From: Candidatus Poribacteria bacterium
GTDB taxonomy: Bacteria > Poribacteria > WGA-4E > WGA-3G
Length of the DNA stretch: 64,000 nt
Reading direction: 5' to 3'
NCBI GenBank assembly: GCA_965214095.1
Contig: OZ243938.1
Span: forward strand, 2,496,001 to 2,560,000
Shown: positions 48,640 through 58,797 of the stretch, one piece after another
Numbering within the stretch: the stretch's first letter is position 1
Layout of the letters: each line of letters starts with the position of its first letter
Made by a program: the position numbers and the translations under genes
Notes under the pieces: generated by a model
The model's input: only the letters and a program-made list of their open reading frames with translations
Told to the model about the DNA's origin: nothing
The model's database searches: none

Positions 48640-50640
48640 TTATTCATTAAATTCCGATGCAACAAGAACAAGATCCTGAATGTTGACTTTACCATCACCA
48701 TTGACATCTGTAGCATATTCACCCATCTGACCAAAGTCTGCTGCAACCAACACCAAATCTTGAATGTTGACAACACCGTCCTCGTTGATATCTGCTATGT
48801 GTCTTTCTGGTTCAGTGGGTGTGGGTCCTATTCCCCACAAATAAAGAGTACCGTTCGCTCTGCCAATTGCGAGAGTCTGTCCATACGGACTGAATGACAA
48901 ACTCCTTATGCCATTATTATATCCCGTGAGTGTTCGTTTATGTTCAGTTGTTTCTGCATTCCACAAATAGATATCGCCATCCGATCCGCCGCTTACCAGC
49001 GTTTTCCCATCAGGACTGAACGTCACAGTGTCAACCTGACCCGTATGTCCTATGAGTAAGTTGTGGAATTTACCGGTCTTAACATCCCACAAACGGACAG
49101 TATCGTCCCAGCTTGCACTTGCAAGTGTCTGTCCATCCGGACTGAACGATACATTCCTAACCGAATCTGCATGACCTCTGAGTGTGTATTTCTCTTTCCC
49201 CGTATTTACATCTAACAAGTGGATTGTAGCACCTGGACGTGAAATTGCAAATTGCTGCAGATCTGGACTGAACGCGACAAAACCATGGAAACGGTTTCCA
49301 TGAAAACGACCAAGTTCGGTGAATGTGTGTTGGACAGCACCTGTTTTAACATCCCATAATAGGATAGTGCCATTCGCATCCAAAATTGCAACGAGTTGTT
49401 CATCCTGCTTGAACGATATTAATATTGCTCGATCATCTAACTCAAGAGTGTAGAGGATTTCACCCGTACTAATATCCAGCAAACGTACAGTGGAATCTGA
49501 TCCTGCAATAGCCACCGTCTGACCACCCGGACTGAAAGAAACCGTATTCCCCATGAGTGTATGTCGGATGTCGCCAGTTTTGATATTCCAAAGACTGATG
49601 ACACCTGAATTTACGCTTGCGAGAGTCTCTCCATCCGGACTGTACGACATCTCCCAGACGCTACTACTATGTCCAGTGAGCGTATTTCGGAGTTCACCTG
49701 TACTAACATCCCAAATACGGATAGCACTATTCTGAGGACTCACACCAGCCAACGACAACCCATCTGGACTAAACGATACACTACTGACACTATATATATC
49801 TCCTATGAGTATCTTTCGAGGCTGAAAAGTACTAACATCCCATATAACGACATTGTCGTTTAGATCTCCAGCTGCAAGTGTTTGTCCATCTGGACTGAAC
49901 GATATAGTAAAGATCCAATCCGAACCCGTGGTGATAGCGTTGTCAAGTTCACCTGTCTGAACGTCCCACATAAGAATGTTTTTGTCCAAACCACCACTGG
50001 CGAGTATTTGTCCATCCGGACTGAACGATACGCTATGGACACTCTTTGGATGTTTTGTGAGTTCGTGTTGGAGCTCACCGGTTTTTACATCCCACAGTTT
50101 CACAACAGCGTCCGACCCACCACTTGCGAGTGTTTGTCCATCTGGACTGAATAATACTGTTCTGACATTATTTTCTGGATGCGCTTCAAGTGTGTAGATA
50201 ATTTCATCTGTTCTAACATCCCATATATGAATCAAGCCATTTGAACTCGCAACGGCGACAATTTGTCCATTTGGACTGATTGATACATCTATCAAAACAG
50301 CATTTGTTTTCAGTTCAAGTGTGTTGTGGAGTTCACCGGTGCTAACATCCCATAAAAGAATAAGCTTGTAAGAATCCAAACAAACGAGTCTTTCTCCATC
50401 AGAACTGAACGCTATATCTGTTATGGCACGAGGATGCTCTATCAGGTCTGGGGGTTCGTCTGTCTGCGTAGGATAGAGCCAAACGCCAAGACCACCAGCA
50501 ACCGCTAAAATCTGTCCATCTGGTGAATATGCGACTTCGCTGGCACTACCTTTATTGAGACGTACAATTTCTTCTGCAAAACTATGCGTAAGAAAACTAA
50601 ATAAAACTATGAGTGTGAAGAAAACATGTTTGAATTGCAT
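48640..50640 (-). CDS. Secreted WD40-repeat protein with C-terminal dockerin-like domain
   Basis: Many FSPDGQTLAS...WDV repeats, two DxNxDGxVNIQDLVLVA repeats, GGAGG RBS before ATG 50640. Confidence 0.92.
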   Translation of the reverse strand: MQFKHVFFTLIVLFSFLTHSFAEEIVRLNKGSASEVAYSPDGQILAVAGGLGVWLYPTQTDEPPDLIEHPRAITDIAFSSDGERLVCLDSYKLILLWDVSTGELHNTLELKTNAVLIDVSISPNGQIVAVASSNGLIHIWDVRTDEIIYTLEAHPENNVRTVLFSPDGQTLASGGSDAVVKLWDVKTGELQHELTKHPKSVHSVSFSPDGQILASGGLDKNILMWDVQTGELDNAITTGSDWIFTISFSPDGQTLAAGDLNDNVVIWDVSTFQPRKILIGDIYSVSSVSFSPDGLSLAGVSPQNSAIRIWDVSTGELRNTLTGHSSSVWEMSYSPDGETLASVNSGVISLWNIKTGDIRHTLMGNTVSFSPGGQTVAIAGSDSTVRLLDISTGEILYTLELDDRAILISFKQDEQLVAILDANGTILLWDVKTGAVQHTFTELGRFHGNRFHGFVAFSPDLQQFAISRPGATIHLLDVNTGKEKYTLRGHADSVRNVSFSPDGQTLASASWDDTVRLWDVKTGKFHNLLIGHTGQVDTVTFSPDGKTLVSGGSDGDIYLWNAETTEHKRTLTGYNNGIRSLSFSPYGQTLAIGRANGTLYLWGIGPTPTEPERHIADINEDGVVNIQDLVLVAADFGQMGEYATDVNGDGKVNIQDLVLVASEFNE

Positions 50641-50860
50641 CTTAGATACCTCCTGAGAAATACCGTATATTGCTTCAAGTGGAATATACGACAGGACTTC
50701 TGTCCTAAATCTATTATGCGTTATAAATACTAACGGGTTATGTCCCAAACTTCAAAGTTCTCCCCACTTACCCTTCTAAAACAATTAGCGTGACATCCTC
50801 AATGAATGCCATCAGTACAACAACAGTCTAAAAGTCTTTGCGTAGTTGACTTACTACACA

Positions 50861-51583
50861 TTAACTAAGCGGTTCTAAAGGTTGTGAATGTCCAAAGACA
50901 GGTTTCGGTGCATCTCCAAGTGCTGCCCATCGCGCAGCATTCGCTATGACAAGCCGAACATTCTCATCGTAATAGATAGGATAGGTTTCATGACCTGGAC
51001 GGAAATAAAATATCTTTCCTCTACCACGATAGTAGCAACAACCACTCCTGAATACTTCACCACCGGGGAACCAACTAATAAAAACAAGCGTATCAGGTTC
51101 TGGCACGTCAAACGGTTCACCATACATTTCGGCATGTTCTATTTCAAAGTACTCGTCCAATCCTTCAACAATCGGGTGTCCATGTTCTATCACCCAGATA
51201 CGTTCCTTCTCTGCAGCCTCTCTCCATTTGAGACTACATGAAGTACCCATCAAGCGGATAAAAGGTTTGGAATAGTGTCCAGAGTGTAGCACAATAAGTC
51301 CCATTCCCTGTAGCACCCGTGCTTTCACCTTATCAGCAATTGCATCCTCAACAGCACCGTGTGCAGCGTGTCCCCACCATATCAGTACATCCGTTTTTTC
51401 CAGTACTGCGTCAGTTAAACCGTGTTCAGGTTCATCTAACGTAGCGGTTAACGTTTCAATGCCGTGTTCACTTAATCCATCGGCAATAGCGTTATGAATA
51501 CCTTTCGGATAAAGCTTTTTGATAGTTTCGTTCGTTTTTTCATGTCTAAATTCGTTCCAAACTGTAACTAAAGGTTGTGACAT
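50861..51583 (-). CDS. ThuA-like (trehalose utilisation) protein
   Basis: [32 protein letters not shown]. Confidence 0.9.
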   Translation of the reverse strand: MSQPLVTVWNEFRHEKTNETIKKLYPKGIHNAIADGLSEHGIETLTATLDEPEHGLTDAVLEKTDVLIWWGHAAHGAVEDAIADKVKARVLQGMGLIVLHSGHYSKPFIRLMGTSCSLKWREAAEKERIWVIEHGHPIVEGLDEYFEIEHAEMYGEPFDVPEPDTLVFISWFPGGEVFRSGCCYYRGRGKIFYFRPGHETYPIYYDENVRLVIANAARWAALGDAPKPVFGHSQPLEPLS

Positions 51584-51593
51584 AAGTTTCTCC

Positions 51594-52787
51594 TTAAAAT
51601 TCTATTTCTGTTTCCACTGCTTCATCATAATCAACACCCTCGACCTCAAATCCAAAGAGGTTCCGAAAACGTCGTCTGTAGCCAGCATAATCAGAGAGTT
51701 CATGGAAATTGTCAGTATTAATTTTATCCCACCTTTCAGTAACCGCATCGGTCACATCCTGCCGTAATTCTCTGTCATCCAAACGAATGTAACGATCATT
51801 ATCAAGCTGCGGTTTTAATCCAGGACCAAGATATTCAGAGAATAACCGCTGCATCTGTCCAATCGGTGCCTCATTGATACCTTCTGCATTCATAATATCA
51901 TATAATATACTGATATAAAGCGGGACAACAGGAATCGCTGCAGACGCTTGCGTAACAACCGCTTTGTTAACCGAAATATACGCATTACCACCGAATTGAT
52001 TTGCAAGTTGTTCATCAAGCGCGTCAACACGGGCTTTCAAATCATCTTTCGCCTTACCGATGGTGCCGTCTCGGTAAATGGACCAGGTTAATGCACTGCC
52101 GATATAGGTATACGCAACAACCTTTACTTCTGAGGCAAGCAATTCTGCATCTGCTAAAGCAGTAATCCACATCTCCAAGTCTTCGCCACCCATCACTGCA
52201 ATTGTATCGGCAATTTCTGTATCGTTTGCGGGTTCAATCGTTACTGGTACGACGATTTCGTTGTTTAGGTCAATTGTCTTTCCAGTATACGGTTCACCAA
52301 TAGGTTTTAGTTCAGAATTATGCGTTTCACCTGTGCGAGGATGGGTTCGGCGCGGGGCAGCGATGCTATACACAAGTATATCTACTTTACCAAAATTTGC
52401 TTTGAATTGTTCAATAGCTTCCTGCTTCACCTCATCAGAAAATGCATCTCCGTTGATGCTTTCAGCAGAAAAGCCATCTTGTTGTGCTTGTTGATGAAAG
52501 GCGACGGTATTGTAATAACCAGCAGATGCAGTACGTCGTTCATCTGCAGGACGTTCATAGAGAAGTCCTAACGTCTTCGCGCCGTATCCCCACGTCAATG
52601 CAATGCGAGAAGCGAGTCCATAACCCGTTGAAGCACCAACAACAAGCGCGTTCATACCGGTGTTTTTATGGGTAGTGTTCTCTTTTATTAATCCTATCTG
52701 GTTTTGAACATTCGATAGACACCCAGCAGGATGTGCATTCGTACAGATGAAACCACGAATCCGTGGTTTAACAATTTGAACTGCCAT
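51594..52787 (-). CDS. fabV: Enoyl-ACP / trans-2-enoyl-CoA reductase
   Basis: [44 protein letters not shown]. Confidence 0.93.
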   Translation of the reverse strand: MAVQIVKPRIRGFICTNAHPAGCLSNVQNQIGLIKENTTHKNTGMNALVVGASTGYGLASRIALTWGYGAKTLGLLYERPADERRTASAGYYNTVAFHQQAQQDGFSAESINGDAFSDEVKQEAIEQFKANFGKVDILVYSIAAPRRTHPRTGETHNSELKPIGEPYTGKTIDLNNEIVVPVTIEPANDTEIADTIAVMGGEDLEMWITALADAELLASEVKVVAYTYIGSALTWSIYRDGTIGKAKDDLKARVDALDEQLANQFGGNAYISVNKAVVTQASAAIPVVPLYISILYDIMNAEGINEAPIGQMQRLFSEYLGPGLKPQLDNDRYIRLDDRELRQDVTDAVTERWDKINTDNFHELSDYAGYRRRFRNLFGFEVEGVDYDEAVETEIEF

Positions 52788-52808
52788 TATATCCTTCTTT
52801 ATTAAGGG

Positions 52809-53270
52809 TTAGTCCTCAATTTCTACGACCATCTCAACTTCAACAGGAATCCCGCCGGGTAATTGCACCATACCAACTGCGGAACGCGCATGTTTGCCTT
52901 TATCACCGAATACTTCTACAAGTAGATCTGATACACCATTGACAACAGCAGGTTGATCCGTGAAATCCGCTGATGAGTTGACAAAACCGACAACCTTCAC
53001 AACACGTTTAATCCGATCCAAATTGCCTAATGCATGTTTGAGTGTGCTTATCAGACCGAGTCCAACTTGACGCGCAGATTCATACCCTTCCTCAATGGTG
53101 GCATCTGTTCCGAGTTGACTTTGATATATTTTTCCCTCACCTGTGCCGGGTCCGTGCCCAGATGTAAAAATCAGATTTCCTGTTTGAACTGTGGTAACAT
53201 AATTGGCTACGGGTATAGCAGGCTCGGGTAATTCTATTCCCAATTCTTCAAGCCGTTTCTCTATTTTCAT
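52809..53270 (-). CDS. RidA/YjgF-family protein
   Basis: PVANY, SGHGP, VVNGVSDL, HARSAVG. Confidence 0.9.
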   Translation of the reverse strand: MKIEKRLEELGIELPEPAIPVANYVTTVQTGNLIFTSGHGPGTGEGKIYQSQLGTDATIEEGYESARQVGLGLISTLKHALGNLDRIKRVVKVVGFVNSSADFTDQPAVVNGVSDLLVEVFGDKGKHARSAVGMVQLPGGIPVEVEMVVEIED

Positions 53271-53388
53271 GTAATATATATCTCCAAAATAGGTTCATAA
53301 ATTAATATTTTGCAAATAAGAACATTTGCAGCAGTTTGTATTATTAAATAGGTTTTAAGTGATTTTGTCAAGGGAATTTGTTTCCCAT

Positions 53389-53502
53389 CAGGGTTATTCA
53401 GTTTTCGATTTTTCTACTGTATTTCATTACAAACGTGAATTGATCTGAGATACGGTTTTGCTTGTAAATACGACATGGTAGTAGGCACGCTCCGCGTGCC
53501 GT
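53389..53502. repeat. Truncated CAGGG-TIR MITE with REP
   Basis: CAGGGTTATTCAGTTTT followed by GTAGTAGGCACGCTCCGCGTGCCGT. Confidence 0.65.
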
Positions 53503-53750
53503 CCACAAGATCAAAGCATCTCAATAGATTATACTACCACAACGGGGACAATTTCATATAAAGAAATACTTGATGAGAGACGTAGCCAATGTTGGCACAT
53601 AATATATTTATGCACACCCCTCAATTAGTTGATGTAGGTTCCCAACCGCACACATCACAATATTCAACCATTGATCAAGTCCATTATATTTTGCTCAATC
53701 CCCAATTTATCCTTGCCAACATAAACAAATATTGTTATCCTCTTATTACA

Positions 53751-55226
53751 ATGAAAAAACAAGTTGGACAGGTCTTTACACCACTAAATTGGGCAGAATG
53801 GCTCATCAATAAATGGAACATCTTTGATGCATGGATTGATGGCGCACATGTATGCGACCCGACTGCAGGACAAGGGGTATTCGCGCTTGCCATGCTCCAT
53901 ATAGCACGAAATAGAGGGATCCCTATCACATCAGAACGCCTATCTCGAATCACACTCATTGAGAAGATTCCAACACATCTCAAACAGTTCAAAAGAAAAG
54001 TCAAAAGAGAATTTAACATCGACTTTCCAGACACACAAGTTTTCTGTAAGGATATAATCACCGAAAAGCATGATGAGAAATACGATATCCTTATAGGAAA
54101 CCCGCCTTGGGCAAATTTCGGGGATTTACCTGCAGCCTACAAAAAAGTAATTAAACCCTTTTTCATTCAAGAGGGATTAGTCGACGATAAGCAACAGTTG
54201 CTTTTAGGTTCTTCTCGTGTTGATATAGCAGCATTAGTCTTGAAGGTTGTTATAGGTAAACTACTCAAACAGAACGGATTAGGATATTTCTATCTACCTA
54301 CATCTCTCTTTTTCGGTGAAAGTGCGCATAAAGGATTTAGAAATTACAAGGCTGATCACCGACATTTCGCGATTGATAATGTTTATGAATTCTCAACAAC
54401 TAAGGTCTTTGAAGGTGTCAGCACATCATACTGTTGTGCCAGAATTCAAGGTGATAAAAAACAGAAATTCCCTGTTACATATAACAGAGAATCGAAAGTG
54501 AATTGGGTTGAATACAAAGCAGTACCATTTGAAAATCAAAACGACCCGTGGCGGATCGTGCAAAACATAGATGAACTCAAGACAGATAATTCACTTGAAA
54601 TCAGATTAACTCCTGAACAAAAGCCACGGCAAGGCGTGAATACATGCGGCGCGAATAATATCTTTATTTATGATCATAAACCATCACATTTACCAGAACA
54701 TTTGCTATTTCCACTCGCAACAAAAGAGATATGGCGGCAAGACACATCCTCACCACACAGATGGATTGTGTTACCCTACTGTCGGGAAACAGGAAAACCG
54801 CTTACACACGAGCAAATCCAAAAGTATGATACATTGTGCAGCTACCTACAAGATTTCAGAGATGTACTACGAAACAGGAAAGGGACAATGCTGCAAGCGT
54901 TTATTAGTAGAGGGAATTGGTGGGCAATGCTTGGTGTTGGACTCTATTCGTTTGCACCATTTAAGGTAATGTGGGAAGCGTATGGAAGAAACAAATTTAA
55001 CCCAATGGTTTTAAGCAGCGTAGATGGACAGGTGTGGCAAGGTAATCAAGCGATGCACGCATTCATACCGTGTTGGTCTGAGGAAAACGCACACAAAATA
55101 AAAATTGCACTTGAGAACCCAGAAATACTAAAATTGTTACGTCAACTTAATGGGGGCGGAAAATGCAACTGGGCACAACCCGGGAAGATAAAGAAATTGT
55201 TGTCATTTTTAGAGGTAGATGAGTAA
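53751..55226 (+). CDS. Orphan N6-adenine DNA methyltransferase (gamma class, TaqI/Eco57I-like)
   Basis: GQVFTP, DPTAGQGVF, ILIGNPPW. No adjacent nuclease. Confidence 0.85.
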   Translation: MKKQVGQVFTPLNWAEWLINKWNIFDAWIDGAHVCDPTAGQGVFALAMLHIARNRGIPITSERLSRITLIEKIPTHLKQFKRKVKREFNIDFPDTQVFCKDIITEKHDEKYDILIGNPPWANFGDLPAAYKKVIKPFFIQEGLVDDKQQLLLGSSRVDIAALVLKVVIGKLLKQNGLGYFYLPTSLFFGESAHKGFRNYKADHRHFAIDNVYEFSTTKVFEGVSTSYCCARIQGDKKQKFPVTYNRESKVNWVEYKAVPFENQNDPWRIVQNIDELKTDNSLEIRLTPEQKPRQGVNTCGANNIFIYDHKPSHLPEHLLFPLATKEIWRQDTSSPHRWIVLPYCRETGKPLTHEQIQKYDTLCSYLQDFRDVLRNRKGTMLQAFISRGNWWAMLGVGLYSFAPFKVMWEAYGRNKFNPMVLSSVDGQVWQGNQAMHAFIPCWSEENAHKIKIALENPEILKLLRQLNGGGKCNWAQPGKIKKLLSFLEVDE

Positions 55227-55267
55227 CCCATACTGAAGCCTTACTCTTCAGAAATGGTGTAATAAAC

Positions 55268-55296
55268 TTGCCTGTCGCTACGTTCATTGCTATAAT
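55268..55296 (+). promoter_or_regulatory. sigma70 promoter, probable leaderless uppP transcript
   Basis: TTGCCT-N17-TATAAT with extended TG. ATG lies 7 nt downstream. Confidence 0.7.
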
Positions 55297-55303
55297 GAAC
55301 ATT

Positions 55304-56155
55304 ATGACATTACTTGAAGCAGTTCTACTTGGCATTTTGCAAGGGCTAACCGAATTCCTCCCCGTAAGTAGTTCAGGACACCTCGTCTTAGCACAAGAGT
55401 TCCTGGGATTGGAAGAACACCTCGTATTTTTTGATGTGATGCTACATTTAGGTACACTGTTTGCTGTGATTGTCGCGTATCGCAGTGCATTAGGGAAATT
55501 AGTAGGCGTAGGACTGTCAACTCTTGCAAATGGACAGTTTTATCAAAAGCCAATCACAACAGTCAACACATCAATTGAACTCAGATTTATATGGTTAATC
55601 CTACTTGGAATGATTCCAACCGGCATCATCGCACTGTTGTTCAAATCAGAATTGGAGTCCTTCTTTGATGATGTGCAACTTGTCAGCATCATGCTAATCG
55701 TCACAGGTGTTATTCTTCAGTTACCACGACTTCGCAAACAAGATGCAGAAAACGCTGATCCCGCTCCAGACAAAATCCAAACATGGCAGGCTACACTCAT
55801 TGGAATCGCCCAAGGAGGTGCAATTACACCCGGTATCTCTCGCTCCGGCACAACAATATCATTAGCACTATTTATGGGAATTCCAGCGAAAACCGCGGCA
55901 GAATACTCATTCCTTCTCTCAATCCCAGCAATACTCGGGGCAGTAGTGTTAAAAATTCCGGATATTGGCGGCACACACATCCCCTATCACATTTTAGCTG
56001 CGGGCATGCTCGCTTCATTCGTTGTAGGTTATGTTGCCTTACGGCTTCTATTGGCAGTGTTGAATCGTGGAAAATTCTCTCTCTTTTCTTATTACTGCGT
56101 GGCTTTGGGACTCATCTCGCTCTATGTTTCCACCTTCGTTGCTCCAATCCAATAG
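55304..56155 (+). CDS. uppP: Undecaprenyl-diphosphate phosphatase
   Basis: QGLTEFLPVSSSGH, PGISRSG, AEYSFLLSIP. Confidence 0.95.
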   Translation: MTLLEAVLLGILQGLTEFLPVSSSGHLVLAQEFLGLEEHLVFFDVMLHLGTLFAVIVAYRSALGKLVGVGLSTLANGQFYQKPITTVNTSIELRFIWLILLGMIPTGIIALLFKSELESFFDDVQLVSIMLIVTGVILQLPRLRKQDAENADPAPDKIQTWQATLIGIAQGGAITPGISRSGTTISLALFMGIPAKTAAEYSFLLSIPAILGAVVLKIPDIGGTHIPYHILAAGMLASFVVGYVALRLLLAVLNRGKFSLFSYYCVALGLISLYVSTFVAPIQ

Positions 56156-56820
56156 GTTGAGACACATCCAAAAACTCTCTTATTGTGATGAAGGACATCC
56201 ACTGTCAAACCAATATCTTTTAGTAGTTTACATATCTTCTTGTCGTTTTGCAGTGTGTTTCGAATCAACTTTTTACCAGTGCATCTATAGATCAAACTGG
56301 CAAGATACATCTGCAATGGCTTCAGTCTAAAACGCTTGAGGTAACGTAGCGGAAAACCAAACCCATGACCAGAAATCGCAAGCATACCACCCGGTTTCAG
56401 AACACGCGCAAGTTCCGATAACGCCACCTTGTCATCAGGCACATGCGGCATCACAAGGAAACAGGTAACTAAGTCAAAAGTGGCATCATCAAATGGCAAG
56501 AGTGGAAGTGAAGCACAAATCAAGGAAGTGAATGTTGAAGAAGGTGGAATTAATACATCAATTTTTGAACGACCAATGGTTAAGAATCTCTCATCAATAT
56601 CAACACCGACAAGAAGTTTCGGTTTTCCCGCAGACAAGGCAACGAGATGATTTCCAGGTCCGCAACCGACATCCAGTACACTTTTATCTGTCGTCTCAAC
56701 ATCAAGCGCGTCAAGTTGTTGCTGTGTTTTACCTGTTTCCAATTCAAGATAAGCATTCTGAATATAGGCACGGTGCCATTTCGTTAGTTCGTTATTTTCC
56801 ATAGAATAGAATTTATCCAT
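56122..56820 (-). CDS. Class I SAM-dependent methyltransferase
   Basis: LDVGCGPG, LPFDDATFD, RVLKPGG. Start may be 56802. Confidence 0.88.
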   Translation of the reverse strand: MDKFYSMENNELTKWHRAYIQNAYLELETGKTQQQLDALDVETTDKSVLDVGCGPGNHLVALSAGKPKLLVGVDIDERFLTIGRSKIDVLIPPSSTFTSLICASLPLLPFDDATFDLVTCFLVMPHVPDDKVALSELARVLKPGGMLAISGHGFGFPLRYLKRFRLKPLQMYLASLIYRCTGKKLIRNTLQNDKKICKLLKDIGLTVDVLHHNKRVFGCVSTYWIGATKVET

Positions 56821-57689
56821 TTCGCAAACCGTTGCGGAATTGCTGTCAACTCCGCACGAAAACGGATGAGTCCAGCATCATCACTGACCGGGATTGCCTT
56901 CAGTTCGTACGGAGAAGTATCAATTATATTCCACCCAATATCAGACGTGCGTGCAGAACGAAATCCACCAGATTTGACAATCTCAATCTCGCGTTCAGAA
57001 TAGTCGCCATTCGGATAACTAAAATGAAGACACTCCTTATCCAAGAGTTCCTCTAAATCCACTTTGCTGCCAAGTATCTCCTGTTTACATTCTATATCAT
57101 TACAATTGGGTAAAATCGGATGAAATTGGGTGTGTGGTTGAAAATCCACAGAATCCATCATCTGCTGCATTTCATCTATATTCAGTGCCTGCCTATCCTG
57201 ATACTCCTTTTCAGGTTCAAAATCTGCTGTATCCTTCAGATGTGCTAATCTTTCTACATTGGGCAACCTTTTCAGTCGTTCTTTTTCCCTTTTAGTTTGT
57301 TTAGGTATTCTAAACCAGAAATATCGATGTGTATTGATTATCTGTGTGCAGACATAGACCGTCGGACGGATACGGTACTGCTTGACTACGGGCAAAAGTG
57401 CGAAATTTCCCGAATGTCCATCGTCTATCGTGATCACTACACTTTTCGGAGGCACTTCAGAAAAGTCATTGTTATGAATAGCTGACACAAACGTGTCTAA
57501 TGAGATGATTCTGTAATGACGCGAGAGATACGCAAGATGTTTGGCAAACACACCGGGTGAGACATCGTGATATAAGAGAATTGCGACCTTACTTTGACAA
57601 ATCCATCGGACAAGCAACGGAATACCGAATAAGCAGATCAAAACTGAAACACTGTTTTTGATAAAGTTCGCGAATCGGTTAGGTGCCAT
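56784..57689 (-). CDS. Polysaccharide deacetylase (CE4)
   Basis: LLYH, TIDDG, HTQFH, FSYPNG. Confidence 0.9.
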   Translation of the reverse strand: MAPNRFANFIKNSVSVLICLFGIPLLVRWICQSKVAILLYHDVSPGVFAKHLAYLSRHYRIISLDTFVSAIHNNDFSEVPPKSVVITIDDGHSGNFALLPVVKQYRIRPTVYVCTQIINTHRYFWFRIPKQTKREKERLKRLPNVERLAHLKDTADFEPEKEYQDRQALNIDEMQQMMDSVDFQPHTQFHPILPNCNDIECKQEILGSKVDLEELLDKECLHFSYPNGDYSEREIEIVKSGGFRSARTSDIGWNIIDTSPYELKAIPVSDDAGLIRFRAELTAIPQRFAKWINSILWKITN

Positions 57690-58788
57690 TTTTTTCTAAA
57701 AAACTGTGATAAATCTTTTCTAATCTTTGTATAGATTCCGCAGTGTTGAACTTTTGCTCAATAGTTGTGCGGGCATTTTTGCCTAATTCACTTGCAAACT
57801 CAGGTCCTGACAGAATGCGATGTAATGCTGATGCTAACGCTTCTGAATCTTGGGCAGGAACTCGTATACCGTTCTTGTCCGTTTCTATAAGGTCTCTAAT
57901 GCCACCCACATCCGAGGCAATGCACGGCATACCAATACCCATCGCCTCTATCAATGCATTCGGTGAACCTTCATGTAACGATGGAAGCACAAAAACATCC
58001 GATTTCAATAACTCAGAATACACATCCTCACAAAACCCAGGGAACATGATCTTATCCGTTAGATTATGTTCAGCAGTAAGTGTGCGAAGTTCTGACTCAA
58101 GTTCACCATCACCGAGAAACGCACATCGCCACTGAACACCTTTTTGGTTCAGCAAACCCAACGCCTCAATCAAATAACGATGCCCCTTTTCTGGTGCGAA
58201 TCTACCTACGCAAACAATTGACTTCTCTTCGGCATTATCTTTCTGCTTCTGAGACCACACTTGAGTAGGTAATTCCAATATATTGGGAATGCTAATAATA
58301 TATCTATTTGGATAGAGTTGGAGAAGGTTTCGTTGGATCTGTTCTGAATTCGTCAACAGGCAATCTGCGGTATTGTATATTACTTTTTCAGTCCACCAGA
58401 GTCTTAATTTGTCATATCTTGTCTGATAATCACCCCGTTGCGATGCAATGAACGGAATATCTCCCCACAATCCGAATTTACATGAAATACCACAAAGGAA
58501 ATTAGAATACCACAACCAACTATGAACGATGTCCGGTTCAACTGCCTTGACAATCCCACCCAGTGAAAACGCTTTTTCTATCAGTTTCCAACGACTATTC
58601 TTACCGGCAAGTATAGTGACATCACTCACACAAGGGAGCGCGGTAAGTTCACCAAAACGTTCCCCTTCCGCACGACTCAGCACAACATGCACATCATATC
58701 GGTCAGGAGTAAAATGTGCCAACGTCTTGAGCAATTGAGATTCAGCACCATCTTTTGTCATAGAATCAATGACATAGAGAATTCGCAT
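57679..58788 (-). CDS. GT4 glycosyltransferase
   Basis: GRFAPEKG, FVLPSLHEGSPNALIEAM. Confidence 0.92.
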   Translation of the reverse strand: MRILYVIDSMTKDGAESQLLKTLAHFTPDRYDVHVVLSRAEGERFGELTALPCVSDVTILAGKNSRWKLIEKAFSLGGIVKAVEPDIVHSWLWYSNFLCGISCKFGLWGDIPFIASQRGDYQTRYDKLRLWWTEKVIYNTADCLLTNSEQIQRNLLQLYPNRYIISIPNILELPTQVWSQKQKDNAEEKSIVCVGRFAPEKGHRYLIEALGLLNQKGVQWRCAFLGDGELESELRTLTAEHNLTDKIMFPGFCEDVYSELLKSDVFVLPSLHEGSPNALIEAMGIGMPCIASDVGGIRDLIETDKNGIRVPAQDSEALASALHRILSGPEFASELGKNARTTIEQKFNTAESIQRLEKIYHSFLEKNGT

Positions 58789-58797
58789 TTTGAGATA

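Noticed and set aside
48640-50640. Repeated GGACTGAACG motifs as a DGR template/variable repeat
   Set aside because: They are explained by WD40 FSPDG codons, and there is no reverse transcriptase in the window.
53596-53613. TTGGCAC upstream of the orphan MTase as a sigma54 promoter
   Set aside because: No TTGC at the -12 position.
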